In this document: positions 32,432 through 36,694 of the stretch, in pieces
Numbering within the stretch: position 1 is the stretch's first letter
Layout of the letters: every line of letters starts with the position of its first letter
DNA from: Patescibacteria group bacterium
Lineage (GTDB): Bacteria > Patescibacteriota > Kazan-3B-28 > UBA10110
Direction of reading: 5' to 3'
Length of the DNA: 36,694 bases
Assembly (NCBI GenBank): GCA_018817805.1
Contig: JAHITC010000020.1
Coordinates: forward strand, 1 to 36,694
The notes under the pieces: model-generated
Told to the model about the DNA's origin: nothing
The model's input: only the letters and a program-made list of their open reading frames with translations
Databases searched by the model: none
Made by a program: the position numbers and the translations under genes

Positions 32432-32460
32432 AAAATAGCATGGTTTACAGGAGGTGTCAA
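32432..32460 (-). promoter_or_regulatory. Sigma70-like promoter of the GC-rich unit
   Basis: Minus strand reads TTGACA-17 nt-TATTTT. It sits back-to-back with the L,D-transpeptidase promoter, 10 nt separating the two -35 boxes. Confidence 0.45.
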
Positions 32461-32470
32461 GCTAAAAGTA

Positions 32471-32499
32471 TTGACTGGGGGCAGTTTTTTTGATATAAT
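32471..32499 (+). promoter_or_regulatory. Sigma70 promoter of the L,D-transpeptidase gene
   Basis: Reads TTGACT-17 nt-TATAAT. The -10 box ends 28 nt upstream of ATG 32528. Confidence 0.6.
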
Positions 32500-32527
32500 A
32501 GAAAATAACAAAAAACAAACTTTAATT

Positions 32528-33502
32528 ATGAAATCATTATTCAGATATTTAGACATCACCACACTTGGACTAGCCGCACTCGCTAGCCTATTTGTATACC
32601 AGGTATACGCGGCAGAATTCAATGAAATTAGTGAACTACCTTATCACTATCGTGTTGTTAACCAAAGCCCAAACCCATCATACGAACTGGGAAGCACTGG
32701 ATCTTTGCGCTTAACAATCCAAAACACTGGTAGGGCTAATTGGCCCATTAACCAAGTTTATTTAAGTAGTGTTTTATTTAACGGAATCAAAAATACTGAG
32801 AGTCAATTCATAACCTCAAATTGGGTAGATAATTACAGGATTGCTCCAATGGCTAGTTCGCCATCTATTATTCGACCCCGAGAAAAAGTAAACTTTATCA
32901 TCCCTCTTAAGTCTATTAAAAGACCCGGGGTTTTCCAGGAGAGTTTTAAACCAGCGTTAGAGCACTTAGGATTTATGGATGGAGATCGGATCGATTGGTT
33001 AGTAGGAACTGGAGGCAGCGCTATCCAATACCAGAACGCTGCTGGTGAAGATAAAGAAATTAAGATCTGGCTAGATGATCAAAGATTGTGGGCAATTGAG
33101 AATGGGGTAGTAATTATGTCTGCTCCAGTTTCGACTGGCATGGGGGGTGTTTACGCCACTCCCATAGGAACCTACACCACATACAATCACATAGATAGAG
33201 CCTACTCTAGTGCATATAAGTTATATATGGATAACTGGATGGCTTTAAAGAGCACTAAATATGGTCTTAAAGGTTACGGCATACATGCGTTGCCTCATGT
33301 TAACGTTAATCCAAATAACCCTAAATTTAAAGGTAAAGATGGCCAGCTAGTAGGGGGTAGGTTATATGTAGATGGTAGATGGTACGAAGGATACAGCCAT
33401 ATAGGTAAAAAAATGTCGCACGGTTGTGTTAGATTAGGGCTTTCAACATCAAAAACTCTATTCGACTGGACAGAAGATGGCACTAAAGTAGAAGTTATTT
33501 AA
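32528..33502 (+). CDS. Secreted L,D-transpeptidase (YkuD domain) with an N-terminal Ig-like NTG..W domain
   Basis: Signal peptide MKSLFRYLDITTLGLAALASLFVYQVYA. The YkuD catalytic motif is SHGCVRL (GKKMSHGCVRLG) with an upstream H (GIHALPH). The start is moved to ATG 32528 because the track's TTG 32471 is the -35 box. Confidence 0.85.
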   Translation: MKSLFRYLDITTLGLAALASLFVYQVYAAEFNEISELPYHYRVVNQSPNPSYELGSTGSLRLTIQNTGRANWPINQVYLSSVLFNGIKNTESQFITSNWVDNYRIAPMASSPSIIRPREKVNFIIPLKSIKRPGVFQESFKPALEHLGFMDGDRIDWLVGTGGSAIQYQNAAGEDKEIKIWLDDQRLWAIENGVVIMSAPVSTGMGGVYATPIGTYTTYNHIDRAYSSAYKLYMDNWMALKSTKYGLKGYGIHALPHVNVNPNNPKFKGKDGQLVGGRLYVDGRWYEGYSHIGKKMSHGCVRLGLSTSKTLFDWTEDGTKVEVI

Positions 33503-33506
33503 CTTA

Positions 33507-34505
33507 TTACTCTGTAGTCCGAATAATTTTCTCGATACGATCGGAGATTTTAGGGTTGGTCTTTAGGAATTCTTTAACAGATTCCTTGCCTTGGCCAATC
33601 TTTTCACCGTCGTATTCATACCAAGAGCCGGCTTTATTAATAATGCCGCGGTGTACTGCGAGATCGATAATTTCTCCACTGCGAGAGATGCCTTCATTAA
33701 ACATGAGATCGAACTCAGCTTGACGGAATGGGGGAGCAACCTTGTTTTTGACCACCTTAACGCGCACTCTGTTGCCCACATTAACATCTCCAACTTTAAG
33801 TGCCTCAATGCGACGAATGTCCAAACGAATAGAAGCATAAAATTTAAGCGCATTACCACCTGTGGTAGTTTCAGGATTGCCAAACATGATACCGATTTTC
33901 ATACGCAATTGATTAATAAAGATAACGGTAGTGTGAGATTTGCTGACACACGAGGTAATTTTACGAAGTGCTTGGCTCATTAAGCGTGCTTGCAAACCCA
34001 TGTGAGAATCACCCATTTCGCCCTCTAGCTCTGCTCTAGGCACCAGAGCAGCTACCGAGTCAATAACTACTATCCCCACCGAATTAGACCTTACTAGCGC
34101 TTCAGCAATATCTAAAGCCTGTTCGCCTGTGTCTGGTTGAGAGATAAGCAAATTCTTAGTATCTACCCCAATACGTTTGGCATAATCTGGATCTAAGGCG
34201 TGCTCTGCATCAATAAAAGCTGCCACTTCGCCCCGCTTTTGGGCCTGCGCAATAATATGTAGAGCTAATGTGGTTTTGCCTGATGACTCTGGACCAAAAA
34301 CTTCAATTACGCGACCTCTAGGTACGCCACCTACCCCCAGCGCCAAATCTAGAGTTAATGAACCAGTGGGGATTACTTCCACATCGGCATGTTTAGCGGC
34401 GCCTAATTTCATTACAGCACCTTTGCCGTATTTCTTCTCCAGATCAATTAAAGTATCTTCTAAAACATTCTCGATTGTTTTCGTTACAGTTTTTGTAGAG
34501 CCCAT
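33507..34505 (-). CDS. recA: Recombinase RecA
   Basis: [13 protein letters not shown] (Walker A), VVIDSVAAL, the L2 loop [30 protein letters not shown], and a length of 332 aa. Confidence 0.97.
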   Translation of the reverse strand: MGSTKTVTKTIENVLEDTLIDLEKKYGKGAVMKLGAAKHADVEVIPTGSLTLDLALGVGGVPRGRVIEVFGPESSGKTTLALHIIAQAQKRGEVAAFIDAEHALDPDYAKRIGVDTKNLLISQPDTGEQALDIAEALVRSNSVGIVVIDSVAALVPRAELEGEMGDSHMGLQARLMSQALRKITSCVSKSHTTVIFINQLRMKIGIMFGNPETTTGGNALKFYASIRLDIRRIEALKVGDVNVGNRVRVKVVKNKVAPPFRQAEFDLMFNEGISRSGEIIDLAVHRGIINKAGSWYEYDGEKIGQGKESVKEFLKTNPKISDRIEKIIRTTE

Positions 34506-34555
34506 TTTTCTTTAAAATAAATAATAAAGCGTCTGCCTTTTTAATTTAACACACC

Positions 34556-35047
34556 CTATCGATAATTGATGAACTGGAGAGGAATAGCAATTTCCTGATT
34601 ATTTTTTAACAAATCCATTACTGTTTGGAGCTCGTCTTTACTTTTAGAGCTTACCCTAATAGTTTCGCCTTGAATAACGGTTTTTACTTTGGGTAATTTT
34701 TCTCGAATGAATTTATTAATTTGTTTAGCTTTTTCACTATCAACACCTTCAACGAATTTTATAGTGATGCGCATCTTACCCCCAGAAGCTGGCTCGGACT
34801 TTTCTTCGCCTAAAACGCCAAGAGATAACCCCCGCCTAATAAACTTGGATTTTATAATTTCCATCACTGCTTTGAATTTATAATCATCGGCAGTGGTAAT
34901 AACCATTTGCTCCTTTTCGTTTACAATTTCTACCGGCACATCTTTAAAATCGTAACGAGTCGTTATTTCCTTACGAACTTGGTCTAAAGCATTAGTCAGC
35001 TCCTGACGATCTATCTCCGAAACAATATCGAACGAGAAGTCTGCCAT
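34556..35047 (-). CDS. yajQ: YajQ family nucleotide-binding protein (UPF0234)
   Basis: MADFSFDIVSEIDRQELTNALDQVRKEITTRYDFK is the diagnostic N-terminus. The length is 163 aa. Confidence 0.85.
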   Translation of the reverse strand: MADFSFDIVSEIDRQELTNALDQVRKEITTRYDFKDVPVEIVNEKEQMVITTADDYKFKAVMEIIKSKFIRRGLSLGVLGEEKSEPASGGKMRITIKFVEGVDSEKAKQINKFIREKLPKVKTVIQGETIRVSSKSKDELQTVMDLLKNNQEIAIPLQFINYR

Positions 35048-35049
35048 AG

Positions 35050-36694
35050 TTAGTAATCCTTTCCTTCTTCGTAACCCTCATCATCGCCATCGTCTAGGTC
35101 AGCTTTAGCCATTAGAATTTCACGAGGCTTAGCTCCTTCGCCAGGACCAACCACGCCGCGAGCTTCTAGTAAATCTAGGAGGCGAGCAGCTCTAGCATAA
35201 CCAACGCGGAATTTACGCTGCAAATATGAAGCTGATGCTTTGCCAGTCCTAACAACTAGCTCGGTAGCTTCTTCTAGTAAATCATCTCCATGGCCGTCGA
35301 CTTCAGATTGCTTAGAGTTTTTAACTTCAGCGATTAATTCATCTACATAAACCGGGTTTGACTGTTTCTTAACAAAATCGGTAACGGCCTGAATTTCTTT
35401 GTCAGTGACATAAGCACCTTGAATACGCCTAGGCTTACTAGCATCTGAAGGCAGAAACAACATATCTCCGTTGCCCAGCAGCTTGTCTGCGCCAACTGTA
35501 TCTAAAATTGTTCGCGAATCTGTGCCAGAAGTAACAGCGAAAGCCAGGCGGGAAGGGAAGTTAGCTTTGATTAAACCAGTGATAACATCGACTGATGGTC
35601 TCTGGGTAGCAAGCACTAAATGAATTCCTACTGCACGAGACATCTGGGCTAAACGACAAATGTAAGATTCAACCTCTCTTGCTGAAACTGCCATGAGATC
35701 TGCTAACTCATCAATAACCAACACGATGTATGGCATTTTAGAATCTGGATTAGCAGTATTAAAAGCACTAATAAACCGAACCTTGTGATCGGAGAATAGC
35801 TTGTAACGCCGTTCCATTTCTACCACTAACCATTTGAGCGAACTAATGGTTTTGTATGGGTCAACTAAAACTGGTGCAAGTAAATGCGGAATGTCATTGT
35901 AGGCGGTAAACTCTACTCTTTTAGGGTCGACTAAAATTAAACGTAAATCTGATGGCGAATTTTGGTAAATTAAACTAATGAGAATGGAGTTAAGGAATAC
36001 GCTCTTACCCATACCAGTAGCACCAGCAATTAATAGATGTGGCATTTTCACCAGGTCGGCAGCCATATGATTACCTGCGACATCTCGCCCTAACGGCATT
36101 CGCAAATTAGTCTGCAAAGCGTTATATACGTCTGATTCCATTACTTCTCTAAGTCGGACCAATGATGTTTTACGATTAGGCACTTCTACCCCCACCAAAG
36201 ATCTACCGGGTATAGGTGCTTCGATTCTAATGGGGTGCGCAGCTAATGCTAATGATAGGTCATTAGCTAAATTACTGATTCGAGATAGTCTAATACCCGC
36301 AGCTGGTTTTAAAGTGTACTGCGTTACTGTTGGACCAACATTCACTTCCGACATTTCTACTTCGATGCCAAAATCTTCTAGCGATTCTTGAATAATGCTA
36401 ACGTTCTGACGAATATTACCACTATCTACTTTGGTAACAGAATTATTTAGAAGGTCGAGTGGTGGGGGAGCAAAGTCACCACTACGAAGCTGCAAGGGCA
36501 CAAATTCATTACTCTTAAGATCTTTTTTAATAAATTTGCCAGTGCTCTTAACTGCTTCTTTGGGGTTTTGGGCTCTTCCGTCTCTATCCTCTTCTTCTTC
36601 ATCCTCATCATCGTCTTCTTCGACTGCATTGTGGTTATTAACTCCTCGCACCACAACTTTTGGTAGCTTTGGAAAAGTTGGAACCTGAACTCTC
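35050..36694 (-). CDS. ftsK: DNA translocase FtsK/SpoIIIE: motor domain, gamma domain and acidic linker. The N-terminal membrane part is off-window.
   Basis: GATGMGKS (Walker A), VLVIDELADL (Walker B) and a C-terminal winged-helix gamma domain (ASASYLQRKFRVGYARAARLLDLLE). The frame stays open upstream of the track's GTG 36654 to the window edge (..RVQVPTFPKLPKVVV-RGV..), so the gene is 5'-partial. Confidence 0.9.
   Translation of the reverse strand, partial: RVQVPTFPKLPKVVVRGVNNHNAVEEDDDEDEEEEDRDGRAQNPKEAVKSTGKFIKKDLKSNEFVPLQLRSGDFAPPPLDLLNNSVTKVDSGNIRQNVSIIQESLEDFGIEVEMSEVNVGPTVTQYTLKPAAGIRLSRISNLANDLSLALAAHPIRIEAPIPGRSLVGVEVPNRKTSLVRLREVMESDVYNALQTNLRMPLGRDVAGNHMAADLVKMPHLLIAGATGMGKSVFLNSILISLIYQNSPSDLRLILVDPKRVEFTAYNDIPHLLAPVLVDPYKTISSLKWLVVEMERRYKLFSDHKVRFISAFNTANPDSKMPYIVLVIDELADLMAVSAREVESYICRLAQMSRAVGIHLVLATQRPSVDVITGLIKANFPSRLAFAVTSGTDSRTILDTVGADKLLGNGDMLFLPSDASKPRRIQGAYVTDKEIQAVTDFVKKQSNPVYVDELIAEVKNSKQSEVDGHGDDLLEEATELVVRTGKASASYLQRKFRVGYARAARLLDLLEARGVVGPGEGAKPREILMAKADLDDGDDEGYEEGKDY

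Noticed and set aside
31955-32460. Known housekeeping RNA (RNase P RNA, tmRNA, SRP RNA) as the explanation for the GC-rich island
   Set aside because: I searched both strands by eye for GAGGAAAGUCC / ACAGAA..GGCUUA (RNase P), for a GGGG...UUCGA...CCACCA tRNA-like end and an ..ALAA tag ORF (tmRNA), and for the GGAA-tetraloop helix-8 motif (SRP). Only weak partial resemblances turned up (GAGGAAGGTTG, TAGATGAGGGA), and they are in the wrong order. This is not decisive without cmscan.
32471-32527. TTG 32471 as the start of the L,D-transpeptidase (19-aa N-terminal extension)
   Set aside because: TTGACT at 32471 is followed 17 nt later by TATAAT, so it reads as a promoter. ATG 32528 yields a normal signal peptide.
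32311-32622. 103-aa minus-strand ORF spanning the divergent promoter region
   Set aside because: It runs through both predicted promoters and the antisense of the L,D-transpeptidase signal peptide. Its tail is merely the alternative frame at the GGAGGTGATGATGATTG start region of the GC-rich ORF.
36431-36688. ORFs 36431..36688 (+) and 36447..36656 (-) from the track
   Set aside because: Both are alternative frames of the acidic/Ser-rich linker of ftsK, whose own frame stays open to the window edge.
1-36694. Alternative genetic code (UGA recoding, as in some CPR lineages)
   Set aside because: TGA terminates ORFs at homology-consistent lengths, for example the ATGA overlaps at 5010..5013 and 5846..5849. 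No conserved protein is interrupted by an in-frame TGA.
1-36694. CRISPR arrays, IS elements, integrases or prophage remnants near the tRNA cluster
   Set aside because: There are no direct-repeat/spacer periodicity, transposase or integrase motifs, or duplicated tRNA 3' halves (att sites). The only tandem repeat is the coding repeat of the H1-like gene.

Overview
The window is a gene-dense 36.7-kb stretch that reads cleanly in the standard genetic code (TGA is used as a stop). I map 42 CDS, mostly on the minus strand, and 7 tRNA genes. There is no rRNA, CRISPR array, transposase or integrase. Most content is housekeeping with a strong DNA recombination and repair flavour: recX, hup, ruvX, ruvA, ruvC, yebC, pcrA, recA, ftsK, comEC. 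It also includes translation genes (metG, a short alaS, rplY, rsmA, rsmI, a CCA-type nucleotidyltransferase), envelope genes (mltG, WecA-like transferase, RlpA-like protein, L,D-transpeptidase, secreted S8 protease) and redox genes (trxB, a glutaredoxin-like protein). Four features fit a reduced-genome Patescibacteria/CPR-like bacterium: 4-nt ATGA gene overlaps, truncated aminoacyl-tRNA synthetase and CCA-enzyme architectures, ComEC without nucleotide biosynthesis genes nearby, and many small orphan ORFs. That lineage call is inference only. The most unusual locus is a self-contained, GC-enriched, hairpin-dense 0.45-kb minus-strand unit at 31955-32460. It has its own promoter and terminator and holds a 124-aa orphan ORF that could instead, or also, be a large structured RNA. 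Other points worth a second look:
- ComEC is split exactly at an A6 run.
- An FtsA-like actin ATPase and a 547-aa membrane protein are wedged between alaS and ruvX.
- The CCA-adding enzyme has only head and neck domains, while all 7 tRNAs encode CCA.
- An unannotated 53-aa hyper-acidic ORF and a 75-aa poly-Lys/Ala histone-H1-like protein are present.
- An NRAMP homologue lacks the canonical metal ligands.
- Two small monocistronic genes (an HExxH mini-zincin and a Cys4 zinc-ribbon protein) sit behind consensus or near-consensus promoters.
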